The notes beneath the pieces are model-generated. The model was not told the DNA's origin and did not search any database. It was given only the letters and a program-made list of their open reading frames with translations. Below are positions 23,801 to 37,770 of a DNA stretch of 64,000 nt, in pieces; position 1 is the stretch's first letter; each line of letters begins with the position of its first letter. Source of the stretch: Perna viridis (Eukaryota); NCBI GenBank assembly GCA_037379345.1, contig CM074518.1, positions 9,362,001 to 9,426,000 of the forward strand, given 5' to 3'. The translations under genes were made by a program, and so were the position numbers.

Positions 23801-26175
23801 CATATCTAAGTACAGAAAGGACTATTGTTATTCATAAATATAATTTATGTATACCAACAAAACATCATTTACTCTGTGTTTTTGTACACTATGAATCACC
23901 TCGACCTACATTAGGCAGTGTCTGAATTTGTATATGGACTGGTACTTAATACAAGTAAGCTTACTTCATCGTCCTTACCGTTACTGAGAGTTCGACATAG
24001 AACAAGCGATTATCTGTCTGCCAACAGGCCAATGGACAGAGAACAAGGGTTTATCTGTCTGCCAACAGGCCAATGGACAGAGAACAAGGGTTTATCTGTC
24101 TGCCAACAGGCCAATGGACAGAGAACAAGGGTTTATCTGTCTGCCAACAGGCCAATGGACAGAGAACAAGCGATTATCTGTCTGCCAACAGGCCAATGGA
24201 CAGAACAAGCGTTTATCGAAGTCTGTCAACAGACCAATGAGGCGGTAAACCAATATAACTTATAATATTACTCACTTTAGTGTCGGAGATCACGCTTGCT
24301 ATTTTGCAATTCATTTGCTGAAAACATAATTTGCTAAGGGATTCGTAGTCCATCGCTCCATCAGCTCCACAGCAATGAAACTAGAAGGTGAAAAACAAAT
24401 ACATAAATGTCTATGTACCGATCTGCATTGTAAATTGCCCATAAACCTTCTAAAAGGACAGTTTTTTTTAAGTTGATCCGCCGTTTACAAAAAAAAATGT
24501 CTTATGAAATAACTCATGAATGGTGATAGCAGATTAAGGCACCATAAGGATGGACAGGCTGGGCATTTAAAAAAATAATAAAATTATTCTGAAGTTTGTA
24601 AAAAAACATACTCAACTACAGATAAAAAATAATTCAATATTCCCTCATTACTTAACACGTAGACTTTCAAATACACATTTTAACTCTGACTGCATGCGAC
24701 TAAGAAACTATAACTTGAGGCTCTAATGAGTCTGAATAGCTCACCTGACTTTAAAAGCAAAATTTGACTTTTTATAATAGTAGCCATTTTTTTTCTTGGA
24801 TAAAATTTCCTAACGCTCATACAAGGAGTAATCATATCATTTTTCACTAAATTATGTGCAGTAGTTTCCGAGGAGAATTTTGTTTAAAGTAATAACATTA
24901 AATGTAGGTAAAAACACTGAAAAAGGGCAATATTTCCAACATGGCTTAACAGATTCACACACAAAAAAGGCAGCACAGAAAGTCTCATTATGCTGAACAC
25001 ATTTATCCCCACGTCAGAATTTGTCTAAACCTAACGTTACGATTTGGAGATGTATATGCAAAAAACTTTTGTCTGACCCCTATTTTCTATTTTTTAGTAA
25101 CGACGGTCATGTTTTTCGACGGCTAAAAAATCCCCTCATCAGTTCTATGCAGCACCACTCTATGAAACATTCATACCAAGTATTCCAAATTGACCCAGTT
25201 GTTTAAGAGAAGAGTTTTGAGAGTTAAGAAAAATTCATAAGTTTGGTTCTAATTGGTCTGGTAGTGTCACAAGATTTTTGAATGAAATAACAAGAAAAAT
25301 AGCGGAAAAAACGCTGAAAACGGGCAATAACGCCAGCAAGGATTCACAGACTTGTTGACCACTGATAGATCTCATCATGCAGTACACTTTTATCCTTGTG
25401 TCAGACGACCGACAACGCCAAGTGATAGCAGTAGCTCACATATATTGCACGCCGTATTTATATCTATTCCACTTAAAAGATATCTTATACAATTTTCTAT
25501 TTTTGAAATATTATAAGATATATCATATATTGTACAGTTAACAAGATATCATATTACATATATGAGATATATGATAAAGTGTATATCAAGATATCTTATA
25601 AAGTTCATGATATATCTTCCATCTTGTAAAGTAAAAAATAACTTGTAAGATATCCCATATCTTTTATAACATCTCATAATCTTTATAAACTATCTCAAAA
25701 GACTTTATAAGCTATCTTATAACTTTTATTAGATATCTTATAAAGTACAAGAGACATCTTGAACATGGAATACTAGTAAATAGGTAGTGCACAATGCAAG
25801 TATGTAATAAAGATTCTGTGAAAGTTAAATTTCATGTACGTGTGTAGTATGAGTAATGGAAAGGAGACGAACTGATATAAGGGTTTAAGTCTTGTTAGTG
25901 AATCCTGTCATTAATTTGCAATGATAGTTCATTTTATTCTATTGTTTTGGCTTGATGTGAAATTATGAAAATTACTTCATAAACATGTTTAAACAAAATC
26001 AATACTTTTAATTCATAGAAACTTGGAATAATCCTTCATGACCATTCCTCAGCCTTTAAAGGGATTTTGGCAGAAATACATAGGTTGATAGATATTTACA
26101 TAAAAAATCTTAATCAGCCTGTTTGCTAAAACCCATTGGGCAGGTTTCTTTTCAGGATGTCTAATCTGATTCAAT

Positions 26176-26224
<49 letters not shown>

Positions 26225-29200
26225 GTTGTTATCAAACCTCATCCAAAAGTTTACACTGCAGTTATGTCGTTGCAGATGAACAAATTAAGTAGCACTCCAG
26301 ATAAGAATCATGCAAAAATGGGATTCAATGTTGGGAAGCCTACATATTTTCATTTCTGGTATTGTGTTTAAAATGCTATAGTAAGTGGCTTTTCATATAA
26401 CCCTTGTTCTTATTTTTAGAAGATAAACATTACAAAGAATGTAATGTAGAATTAAAAACTAAGGGTGATAACTCTTTAAATTACACTGAAATACAAGAGA
26501 AACTATTGGATTCCCAAGTGAAATTATCTCCTAAGAACAGACAGATTGGAATGAATGAATATAATTTCATTATACAGACCCATAAAACAACTTGATATCA
26601 ATAAAACCTGTTAACAATAAAAAAATAAGTAGCCTTTTTCAAGGTGTATCACATTTTAGAGAATTTGCATGATTCTTACAAAGACAGCTACTTTTAAAAG
26701 TTTCAAAAACTATGTTCACATGCAAGAAGTTCGACAAGATTGGTGGTCTATACAGATCCATAGTCATCTCCCGAAATTATGCAAGATTATCAACGGAAAT
26801 TTTGAGGATCCGAGTGAACGTATATTAACATTTGACCATAGTAAAAAAAAGTATAAACCATATACATGTACCTGAAACAGAATTTATAATTTGATATCAT
26901 TTATTTATTTATTTTTTAATCTGTTTTTTTTTATAATTGAAATCCAAGTTTTAAATTACGGAATTTCTATATTTCAAATTTTAAATACAAGTACATCAAA
27001 AACTAATCCTACAAAATGTAATAGGTCTACAAATATAAACCCCATATCTGGGATATACATGTATGATGCCCATGATTCAATATACACATAAATCTTTCCC
27101 ACCCAACTGAAAATAACCAGTAGGTGGTATCAACTCTTTTATTTAGATAATCTATTTTCAAGTTACTATAATTGGTAATTAAATAATCTTAGTATGCGCA
27201 TACTTTCAGAGGAGACGTCTTTAAAATGGAAAATCGGAAATCTGCATCATACTGGACCGTTCAATGTCATTCTTATTTCTCTTGAGTTTTAGCCAAAAAT
27301 AATATGTCTGTTTCCTGCTACCCTACCTACCCTAAACATTTTGGCTCAAGCACTAATAAAGTCTAGATGTTTTTTAATCAAATTATCTCCATACCTAACT
27401 ACCCTTTCTTTACTTGCTAGTAACAATAGACACGACAATTGTTTTTGCCTCATCATTGCACCATACTTACTTTTTCTTGTATTATTTTCATCAGATTAGT
27501 GGCACTTTCGTCATAGTCACAGGATTTTTTCACTTTCTCCTTGAAGACTTTGTGCACAACATCTCTAAACTGTAATACATACAAGGTAATTTGTTTTCGT
27601 TATGCAAATTTAATTAAGAATCTATAGGGCATAATTAATGTTGAGTACTCAACAGCCAAGATTTTTATCCAAGTCGACCATATTCATAGACAGATCCAAC
27701 GGGAGATCCGGGCCCCATTATAAAATAGATTTTTTTTTTAAAAGTTAAATATTTATGTAACATCATTTAAAAATAACTAGAAAGTGATATATAATTCAAT
27801 AATAATCAATGGTCATTAAGCATTACGTTATCAACACAAGTGAAATCTATATTTTTGCATGGATTTTCGCATTTTCTTGAGAAAAATATCTAAAGCCTGG
27901 ATAAAGCCCTCTGTTTTGTAAACTACATTATTACCTAATTATAAGGTTTTATCTTGTTTATTAAATATACACACATTTTTCTCTATTTTCAAAATTTATT
28001 CAGGACATGGCGATCTATTCCTATTCCTGGTCTCTTTGACATATTCCCCATTATTTTCCATTCTTTATTATATCTCATAGACAAATTAGGTAATAAAACA
28101 GTTATCAAATGGGTTGGCCTCGTGCAATAGAACACTTGATCATTCTCAGAACCTCAGGACAAATATTCTGGTCTATTGCATCCAACCCATTTAATAATTG
28201 TATAGTATTGCACGTTTTAGTGCAATAAAATGATGTATAACTTGTTTTTTTAATGAGGAACATGAGGATTATTTCAGGATTATTTTTCATGGTTGTATGC
28301 AAAAACAGGTCCTTAGGGTACAAACACATGAATCTGCGAACTGCTGTGATATAAAAAAAAAATACTTTTAATTTTAGGGACTATGCATAATTATTTTCAT
28401 GCTCATTTGTAATTCCTTTTGCTTATAGCATTCAATATCTACTGAAGAACTTCTTTTAACAAGTACTCCGATGAACCAAGTTACCAACTGCAGTTTTACA
28501 ACCTATTATAAGGTTCTTCCAACTTTCAATGCATGAATTCCAACAACTTGTCCCGATCGTGTAAGTATGTCGAACAATTACATGAGCTATATTCCTCGCC
28601 CAATGAATTATTTAGGTAGTGTATGAAGAAAAAACACTTACCCCATCTTTTGCCACAATCATATAGATAGCAACACCTAGCAGGGCTACAAATATCACAA
28701 AAAGGCAGGCAAAAAACTGAAAAAAATCAAGGTATATGAGTAAGATATATATTTACTATACTGATTTGTTTCAGGGTTGTAGTACATGTATGTACAGTAA
28801 CTGTAGAATTAGGGTATATATAATGGTCTACCTGTTAGTGGTTAGAAAACTCACATAATTCTAAAACTATTATAACAGTTCATGTCTCTTAGTAGCGAAA
28901 AAAATTATGAGTACCTATTTTTCTTCATTCCTGCACTAGGTCCATATTCTATAAGTTGCACTATCTTCAGGTTTCATTTGTGTAATAAAACGTAACTCAA
29001 ACCAATCCAGTAATTCTTGTTTTCCTCAGTGTTATTCATGTTGCCTTGTGCGATTTTTTGTTATTTTTGTTTGCCTCTTGTGAGTTCTAACCGTGGATTT
29101 CAGTCACAGTTACGGAAAATTGACAAGATATATAAAATATACTAAATGAAAACTGTATTTTTATAAAGCGTAGTTAGTCTAGAGTGTTTGACTCGGTGCA

Positions 29201-29370
29201 GGCGGATTTGCCATAGATATTGGAGCAGAGAATGCAATTGGGTTCGAATCCCGCTGAAGGAGCGTCGCAAAATTGCAGTCTTGAATCGATTTAATAGTAG
29301 TTATGATGTACCTTAGACTTGTATATATATACGTCTTAGAATGTGACGACTCCATTCACTACACTGATAC

Positions 29371-29411
<41 letters not shown>

Positions 29412-32400
29412 CAAAGTAGGGACTTTCTTTTATAAACTCACCAATGCTAGCATAACCTGATTATCCCGTATGGCACCGCAGCATCCTAAGAAGCCTATCA
29501 CCATAATTATAACGCCAACAATAATGACAACGTAGGCAGCTGTGAAAAGGAGGGAGAAATCATCTACACCCTCAGTGTACCTATCAAATTCATCATCAAC
29601 CAGGATCCAAATACCTACTCCTAGCATGGCACATCCTAACAGCTAAAAATAGAATGTAACAACGGTACTAATAACATAGTAAAGGATTGTAAACGAAAGA
29701 GAAGTTTTGTCTGTTGTGTTTACCAGAACCTACTATACTCTAGTCCTTGTAGTAAAGAGCGATATGATAAGATAATATAGTTTTATTTTGATTTGGTGTA
29801 AGTTAACAAAAAGCAGAAGTTCTAAGCAGCTTTTAACCGAATATAATATACGTCAGATTACTCAGAGGTCATTTTAAATTGGTACTCATGATCTTAAAAG
29901 TAAGAGGTACATCTAGAATTGAAAATTCAGTCTAATTAAAAGATCAATTATATAGTTTTATTTGACTGATGAGAAAGTCATACTGTTACATCTAAAGACC
30001 CCATAGCTACACCGGAAGTGCATGGTACATGTGTATAACAAAGAGACAATCGTTTTATCAATAAACACTGGCATTTTTAAAATTTTATTTCAAGCGTTAA
30101 AGTTTCTATTGCCTTCGACCTGTTAATTAAGTATTGCCAATGTATAAGTACGTTACAAGTAGAAACGGAAAATCGTGTACATCTTGTGAATGTAAGTTGT
30201 TGTTTTAGAATCATTAATAGTATCTAGAGGCTCTAAAGAGTCTGAATCGCTCACCTGGAGAATTTGAAATCATATGGTCGTACCATTTACTTTTAGATCA
30301 TTTAAACAACAACTTTTGATAGCTCCATATACTTACATCAATCCTGTCATCCACTGAACCATCTGAGCCACATTAAGGCAATTTCGTTAAAATTGGTTAA
30401 GAGTTTTCTTGGAAGTTGTGTAAGATGTGAAAAAATTACAAATGACGGACGTAAAGTGATGACGTGAGCTGACAGAGATTTTCGGTGCAGACAAACTAAT
30501 AAAACAGTAGGTGTACACGAGGGCGAATCGCTAGACAGGACAACGCCTGGAACACCAAAAATTAACACACAATGCACGAAAAAAGCAGCAAAACAATACA
30601 GTAAAAAACAAACAAATCGAACTCCGCTTTTGGTAAAAATAAGGGTTGGGCTAAATGAAGCTACCAATATATATAAACGTTTTTCTCATATCATAATGCC
30701 ACAGAACTGGTTACTATACGTTCCCTCTGACTGCCTCTGAAAATGTAACATTTGTTCACTGACTCGTAACATGCTTATTAACATTCATAATTGTTGCTAT
30801 AGTTACCATATCAATCAGTCGTTAATCTAGCAGAAAATTGTCAGAAATGTCAACTTCACGAAGAGTTGGGTTATGAAGGAAGAAAGTGACACGTTATGTA
30901 ATATCTAACAAATCCTTTTTCTTCTGAAGTCCTGTGTATTTGTAACTATATGGAATGTATTGTATTTTTTCTATATACATCATTGCAGCTACTTAGGAGC
31001 AATGAAACTAATACTTGTACGCTAATGAACCGGCAACCAGTATAGACAAATGTAATAAAGTTCTGAATATATTTCTGAGGACAAATACGATTAAGATAGG
31101 GCTCGCGCCGATATTGAAAAAAAATGTCTTTTACACAACTATAAATTTGTTTAGATAGTGTACTAAAATGTCGATATATGTAGTAAACTTAAAACTACAA
31201 TATAATGATTGTCAATTTGCCCTAGCAACTGTAAATTAAATTACATTTTAAGCAATATGATTTATGATTGAAATATGGGCGACTATCATGAGTATGGTCC
31301 AATCAGACTAAAGCATCATACAATGAGGAGCTGTACCACCAGCTCATGATATGTCCGTCTACTAATAATAATAGTGGTTGAAATTGAAAAGGAGTGTACG
31401 TCAATAGCAAATCATTCGCCAAAGCTTCATGGAATTTGAACGACGGACGTGTGGACGCCGACCAACGGTGTACAATGATTCGTCCAGTCTTCGCGTTAAA
31501 AAAACATATCTGATAATAACGTTACCATGGTTAGGATCGCTCAAGTATTAACGACATGGCACGAGTATCATCAGGTTTAACAATCCACGTTATTATGAAT
31601 ATTATAATGTACCACTACAATTCCTTCGTGAGCCTCAGTATACTGAATACACATATTTTTCACAGCATGTTTAATGACTGTAAATAAGTAATGCAAGTTT
31701 AAATGAGATTCCATAGAGTAAATAAAGTTTAAGCTTTAAGTCCCTACTGTAATACAAGCTTTTGTCATATGTCCCATTTATAACCCTTTATTTAACAATT
31801 TTTATGGGCGGTTTAATACATTTGTAGTATCATATGGGGCCACAATCAAGTTAAGTGTGAACATAAAAGAGGGGTCATCCTCATACTTTCTACTTACAAA
31901 CTTAAAATAGTACGAGACAAAGCAGTAGGATAAGGATCACAGCCCCTGTTAAGCAATTTCAATGAAAGGTGGGTTGTTGTAGTATTGAATCCGAAAGACA
32001 GTATACTTTCTACTTCGTTCAATTCTGTCAATACTTGATAAAATGAGGTTAAATCATTAATCTATCATCTTCACCTGCACTCAAACCACTTTAAAATGTA
32101 CACTGCAACAGGTGTAATCAATATTTAAACTACACACAACTACTGAACCAAATAACTTCGGTTTAAATAGGATTTGAAGTAATATATTTAAAAGAACACG
32201 CAACACCGCGTATACGTCGATATATTGACGGACACGAGAGAATTAAAATAGAAGAATAGCTGCATTCAATTACACACGGAATCGTATTGAGCTGAATCTC
32301 TGAAAAACATGAAGGTGACTCAGACTCAATGACAATACCGGAAATCAATACTCTAGGCAGAAAATGAATAATGCATAGATCATTTGCGCAGAATAAATGC

Positions 32401-35400
32401 TTAACTTGAAAACTAGACTCATTTGGTTTGATTTACATACTACAGGTGCTTTTTGATCATGAACGTAACATAACGATGTATGACGATATGAAATTTGAAT
32501 GTCAATGAATATCGGAAGAAATACTATGTATAACAGAATTTAACTTAAACTGCAACAGTTTAGCACTGGGAACAACTTACAACACACTGCAGACTGCAGG
32601 AGTTTTTGGCATCATTACTAATAGCTCATAAAACCATGCGCAGTTTACAGAAATCAGCTGATTGCATTCCTTCTAGTAATTAATAGGTTTCCAAGTATCG
32701 ATCTATACTATTTTCAGCATCGTTGAGTCATTTTCGGCATAAAAACAAACAAGAACACGTGTTCTTTTAAGGTCCTAACTTCTTTGTGTACATATTAAAG
32801 CTTTTCATTTGAAATTGTAGTTCAGCTCATCTGGACCAAAGGTTCGACTCGATATGGGTATTTTAAAAGATCTATGAAATTCTTCGAAATTATTCTAAAC
32901 ACACACATTTCCTATATAGCAAAAAGGGTTAACATATTTTATTTTGTGGTATATTGTAGCTAATTCTGCATGAACCAAAATAGGCCGAAATGGTGGATAA
33001 CTGACTGTTAAAAAAAATCAATCTTTGTGTGTATGAAGTTCAAGTGGCACAGCGAGCGAATGTGGCACTCCGTCAAACTTTCAATAAGCTACCGATATTC
33101 ATATTTGAGTAAATGATCCTCCATCAAGGACATAATAACGTCGAAAGACTCACTAAAAACTGCATCGTTTGCGGAAGAGTCATTTCTCGCTTCTGAGAAC
33201 ACATTGACTCAATTGTCTTCAATTAGAATGGTCTATATTTTGATAGGCACATTTGTATTTGACAAATGCTCCGCTCCAAAAGGCTCCCTGGTATTGAGCC
33301 TGTGGTAAGTAGGGTAACCAAACCTGAAAACAGTAACAAATGAGAAGAACAATTGATGCGATTTACTGGGACTTGCTTCCACTATCTGATATTCAGCTCG
33401 GCTAGTATAGAACATAAGTCTGGTAAGTATATTGGTATTTACATACTAGTAGGGCTGCATATTTGATAGTGTAGGCCCTGTAATTTACTTCTGGTTCTAG
33501 TTGTGATCTGGTAAAGAGTCATCCCACTTTCAAACTCCAACCTAAAAATTCTTGAAATTTAGGGATTTTTATCTTGGTTAATAACTATAAGCGGCTCATG
33601 ACAGAACCGTGGGTGTATGAACGTTCGATCATGTACAGACGATTAAAGGCGCGGGGAAACTTGACAAGTAATAGGGTATAGGAATGCGGCCCAAAAAACT
33701 TTTACCCATTCCATTCATATATCCTGACAATGAAAAATTGACACCTATCTAAATATGTATTTATAACTGTAATAAAATAATACTGCATCATAGGCTGGTT
33801 GGTTAAAAAAAAAACATTTAGTGTAATGACAAGAGTATGAATGTGATGTGATGTTCATTCATCTGTATCTACAAATCACATCAGGATACTGGTCAGAAAA
33901 TATATTATTGTATATAAAGAAATCATTATCATGTCAGGGTTAATTAGGATTATTGGATCCCTTCCTGCTATCAATCTTGTTAATCTTTATTTACAAATGT
34001 ACCTTGATATTTTTAAGGATGATTTAATTGATGTCAAATCGGTAGCCATGTTTGAATATACAGCCTATTGATTATTTCATATGTAAATGTTACTACCCCT
34101 ATTACATATACTACAACAAAAATGCCTACCCTTTTCATATATCAATTACCATAAAAAGTACACCGATAACGGCCACTCATCTGTACCTACCTTTTAAATT
34201 TAACTGCCCCTTTCCCCGCGATTACAGAGGCGTTATTTTGAAAATGATTTTTAAAAAAATGTGATTTTTTTTTTGCTTAGAACATCTAGAGAATGAAGAA
34301 TACAGGAGATAGCTAATCTCAGCATATAATGTTAAAAAAGTTAGAGAAAGCCGCGTGGAAGACAGCACTTAGATAACAAGAGATATTAATTGTTAATTCG
34401 AATAAGAAACCCTACAATTTCATATACGATAGTCAGTTTAACTAATGAATTGTTGACAGATTATCACATATTACAAATTACAAACTCTTTAATAACTTTT
34501 GTAACAGTTACTTTCACCACATATATACTCACTGTGGGCGTTAAATAGTCAAATGAACATAGCTGTGTACATTATTTGCATTTCACAAGCGATATGTCAT
34601 TGCGGTGAAAACGAACTATTTACATTGATTGAAAAAAAAATAAATAAAGGTGTTAAATACATAAAGGTGCATCTATGCATATATGAAGGGTTTTCGTAGC
34701 TTTGGATTCGAATATTACAAGCTGAAGCAGTTTCCTCCTGATAGTTTATCAATAATTTTAGTTTTTTTCAATTGACCTTAATGATTTTATGACGATGTCC
34801 GACTTTTCATTCATCAGCAAAGCATACATGTAATATTGAATTTGGCCAATGTAGCCTGTCTTGTATCGCGGTATACGTCCAATTATGACAGTAACTAAGC
34901 CTCATGTACGCAATTATGTACATGTATATCTTTCGAAGGAGCAGTTTCGACACACTGACAAACAGTTTGTACATCAAAGAGATGTTGAGGATGCCCAAGG
35001 GAGAAAACGTTACACATATCTGTAGGGATAACTGGATTATTCAATGTGATAAACGTACTTATGAACGCCCTTCCATATACATGTATATGATTCTGTAAAA
35101 GAAACCCTTCATTTTAATATTACAAGCCATTTGAGTTTGTGTAATACATGCAAAATAACAAAGTATCGGAATATATGCTCAAATGAGTATATAAAGTAGT
35201 CAATATTCGTCCTTAAATAACACTTTAATCTTTCTATATCTTAGCCAAGCACTCACGTGTCGAACGTATTAATGCATTCTTCTATTCAATAGATGGATAC
35301 ATTGTTTTGGTACTACACTTCAGACTAAACCCCTTAATTGTACCCCGAAGCTCACTGCGCCAGAACGTTCTTCCAGATCTATTTATACTGACTATATCGG

Positions 35401-35657
35401 ATACGATCAATAACAATCGAATCTCTTCATCAACTGTTTCCCGCCATGGGTTATCAAAAGCAAAATGACTAAATAGGTCAAAATTGTTTAGATCTTAACA
35501 GTGTTTAACACAAATACGCTCGAAACATTGATTTTAACACTCGATAGTCTGCGCTGAAAAAAGAAAATGAAACAACTGAAAAAATACATACCCAGAAAAG
35601 AAAGTTAAATCCGAACATAAGATATTTAATGCATGTGTGACAGCTTCCTAGCGCCAT
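20850..35657 (-). CDS. Tetraspanin (complete, ~229 aa)
   Basis: Phase-0 exons 35657-35592 (MALGSCHTCIKYLMFGFNFLFW), 29642-29442 (LLGCAMLGVGIW...GFLGCCGAIRDNQVMLAL), 28716-28642 (TM3), 27569-27471, 24380-24276 (FHCCG...C...C), 21734-21651 (GCTEAF...), 20909-20850 (IIGMLFSMILCCALRDMQG*). Four TM segments, CCG and GC motifs of the large extracellular loop, all GT-AG junctions. Confidence 0.95.
21827..22269 (-). mobile_element. Non-autonomous element with internal tRNA-Leu-like Pol III head, ~413-bp monomer with 27-bp terminal redundancy, next to (TA)n
   Basis: TCTGAAAAATTCCCAACGATGTTAGAA at 21830-21856 and 22243-22269. A-box-like TGGTCGAGTGG and B-box GTTCGAGTC on -. Homologous to 42571-42852. 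(TA)n at 21803-21826. Confidence 0.75.
23979..24017 (-). CDS. Candidate 39-nt phase-0 cassette exon of the tetraspanin large extracellular loop (TDNRLFYVELSVT)
   Basis: TTGGCAG|ACA...ACG|GTAAGG, frame-preserving between exons 24380-24276 and 21734-21651. Not required for an intact protein. Confidence 0.35.
24000..24240. repeat. 41-bp minisatellite (~6 copies)
   Basis: GAACAAGGGTTTATCTGTCTGCCAACAGGCCAATGGACAGA starting at 24000, 24041, 24082, 24123, 24164 plus one degenerate copy; accounts for ORF 23918..24265. Confidence 0.95.
24713..25440 (+). mobile_element. HINE/pearl-like non-autonomous element
   Basis: Starts GAGGCTCTAATGAGTCTGAATAGCTCACCTG, near-identical to 30226. Internal repeated blocks (CTGAAAAAGGGCAATA / CTGAAAACGGGCAATA). 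Ends GACGACCGACAACGCCAAGTGATAGCAGTAGCTCAC. Confidence 0.65.
25470..25760. repeat. Degenerate clustered short repeats (AGATATCTTATA-like)
   Basis: Many variants of GATATCTTATA/TATAAGATAT in both orientations. Confidence 0.55.
26179..26221. repeat. (GA)n microsatellite
   Basis: Directly visible; source of the RERERE ORF. Confidence 0.97.
29148..29370 (+). mobile_element. Diverged copy of the tRNA-head element with an inverted terminal piece, followed by (TA)n
   Basis: GTCTAGAG...GTGCAGGCGG..TTGCCATAGAT...GGTTCGAATCCCGC matches 42630-42700. 29331-29368 is the reverse complement of 42815-42850. (TA)n at 29374-29408. Confidence 0.6.
30222..30480 (+). mobile_element. Short HINE/pearl-like element
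   Basis: CTAGAGGCTCTAAAGAGTCTGAATCGCTCACCTG terminus; ends GACGGACGTAAAGTGATGACGTGAGCTGAC. Confidence 0.6.
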
Positions 35658-36288
35658 AATTGCTTTTGTTCTTTATTTATTAAATCCTCAAGAAAGTGGA
35701 AATATACGATATTTGTATGTATCCAATGTATCAATACCACACTGACTACCTGGTAAAACGCCTATCGAAGCTTGACAGTAACGCGTCACAGACTACGGGA
35801 TATCAATAAGCCAGAGCTAGGCTGTTTATTGTGCAGGGCACCAGTGTATTATTTTTGTATCGGATAGAACACCAACGCGAATTCTTTTAAACTATATCAT
35901 AAATTAATGCATCTATTTCTTGTTATATCAAAAACCGATAGCAAACGTTAATAAAGCTATGAATAATGCATACAATATCTCGGCTACACAGGTATTGAAG
36001 AGTCAATTGTATATGTACACACTTATAATTTATGTATTTTTTCCTGAGGCTCTTTACCAGTCTATTTAAACCGAGTCGTAAATTGCCTTGAAACCAAATG
36101 AATAGATTACGGTTTATCTGGTTTTCACCATGACCCAATCATTAATCTCTGCAAAGCAGGCAGCCAATCTCATAGAGTTTACAGGCTACTTATTTTTTTT
36201 TACAAAATGGGTATAAAATGTATATATACCAACATAATGTTAAGGCAGGGTCAGATCTAAGAAATTTAGCAAAACTTCTTAAACAAGC

Positions 36289-36442
36289 CAGTGCCGTAGC
36301 CAAGGGGTGCACTTGAATACAGTTTCATGTTTCAAAAGGGGTGCACATCCCATTTTAGCTGATTTTCTCTAGGAATTTTAAATATTTTAAGCAAAAAAAG
36401 GGTACGTTTAAACCCATAGTACCCCCTCTGACTACGGTCATG
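36289..36442. mobile_element. MITE with imperfect TIRs
   Basis: CAGTGCCGTAGCCAAGGGG ... CCCCCTCTGACTACGGTCATG; no clear target-site duplication. Confidence 0.5.
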
Positions 36443-37296
36443 CAGCCATATTTTAAATACCGTCTAGTTTTAGATGCTTGGCTAACTTGGCCACTACCAA
36501 ATTAATTGTGGTATTAAAATCACTAGATGCGGATTGTTTTCCCCGTTTTCTACTTTTTTTGTGAATATGACATTCGTCCACCTGGCCAAAAACAAAACAC
36601 AAACGTTAAAATAAATTGTAATATAATGTAATTGACAATGTCTAACAAAACGTACCTCTACGAGAAACTGGAAATTGACATTACGTCGGTTTAAAAAAAA
36701 TTGTTGAGAAAAATTTTTCTAAAATCTTCGACAGTGATAAATATATAATTGTTAATAATAACAATTAAAAAGATAATGATGATGATAATACATGTACTAC
36801 GTGCACGTGACTACATGTAAATTACATTTTGTTTGAACAAAAACATACGATATAAAAAAGCTTATGGCGATTCATTGTTTCCTATATGGCACGAATATTC
36901 TTAGAACATTCCAAGATTTCCTGAAACCGTCCTCCAAAATGCAAAAAAGAATAAAATATCTAACTTATTACCAATTAATAGCATACAATTTGTTGTTAAT
37001 GATTTAATATTGACAGAGGAATTTCCATTGTTTTCCCATTCGTATATAAAATGATTATGTGGATTAAGAAAAAAAAATGATGGCAAGCCACAAAAAGGAC
37101 AATGCTGGCCAGTTTTCCATTTTTAGACTTTAGAATTCTTGATATTTCTGTAGTAACGTATTATTTTAAAAAAACAATCGGAGATGAATCGATATAGAAG
37201 CACATTTCTTGATTTTTATTTCACAAGTTGCAAGTAAAATTAATTTGAATAAATGAACAAGTAACACCAGGAGTTACATGTATCTTTAAGAACAAA

Positions 37297-37308
37297 ATAA
37301 TAATAATG

Positions 37309-37348
<40 letters not shown>
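37297..37348. repeat. (TAA)n microsatellite
   Basis: Directly visible. Confidence 0.97.
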
Positions 37349-37350
<2 letters not shown>

Positions 37351-37539
37351 TAAAATTGCAGGGTCTTATTGAACATATGAATTACATTCAGTAAAATATT
37401 CTATTAGGAGTAGATAAGTTTTAAAGGAATGGTACCAAAGATTAATTGACACTTAACGATTCGAAATAAAATTCTTTGGTATATATGGAATGCATGATCG
37501 GCAGCTGATTCCTCCAGAAATATTATGGATGGTAGTGTT

Positions 37540-37770
37540 TCGGCGAGTGTTTCTAGAAAAAAAAACAGAGGATGCTTACTCTATACCGGTGCCGGTGCAT
37601 CTGGTTCATGCTCCCATTGTTTAGCGGAGTCCAAGTTGCTTATTTACTTTTGTTGCTTTGGTACGTATTATTTTGGTTATTTTATGTTCTTTGTTTTTCC
37701 CTGACTGGTTTTTGTCCTTGGATTACATTTTAATGATTTCGACTATAATTTTGGTTTCCTTCATTACTCC
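37540..37770 (+). mobile_element. Penelope-like element 3' UTR fragment
   Basis: TCGGCGAGTGTTTCTAGAAAA..CAGAGGATGCTTAC..GGAGTCCAAGTTGCT..GGATTACATT..TTACTCC, colinear with 12840-13070. Confidence 0.8.

Noticed and set aside
23965-24010. Alternative tetraspanin C-terminal exon (SLVLCRTLSNGKDDE on -)
   Set aside because: That frame is preceded by TAA with no suitable acceptor, and the true TM4 exons lie downstream.
23918-24265. 115-aa ORF with repeated LSANRPMDREQ/CLPTGQWTE
   Set aside because: Frame-cycling translation of a 41-bp repeat, antisense within a tetraspanin intron.
26174-26371. ORF with RE dipeptide repeat
   Set aside because: Translation of a (GA)n microsatellite.
33070-33600. 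Less AT-rich intronic stretch that might be a decayed coding fragment
   Set aside because: No recognisable motif or sustained frame on either strand.
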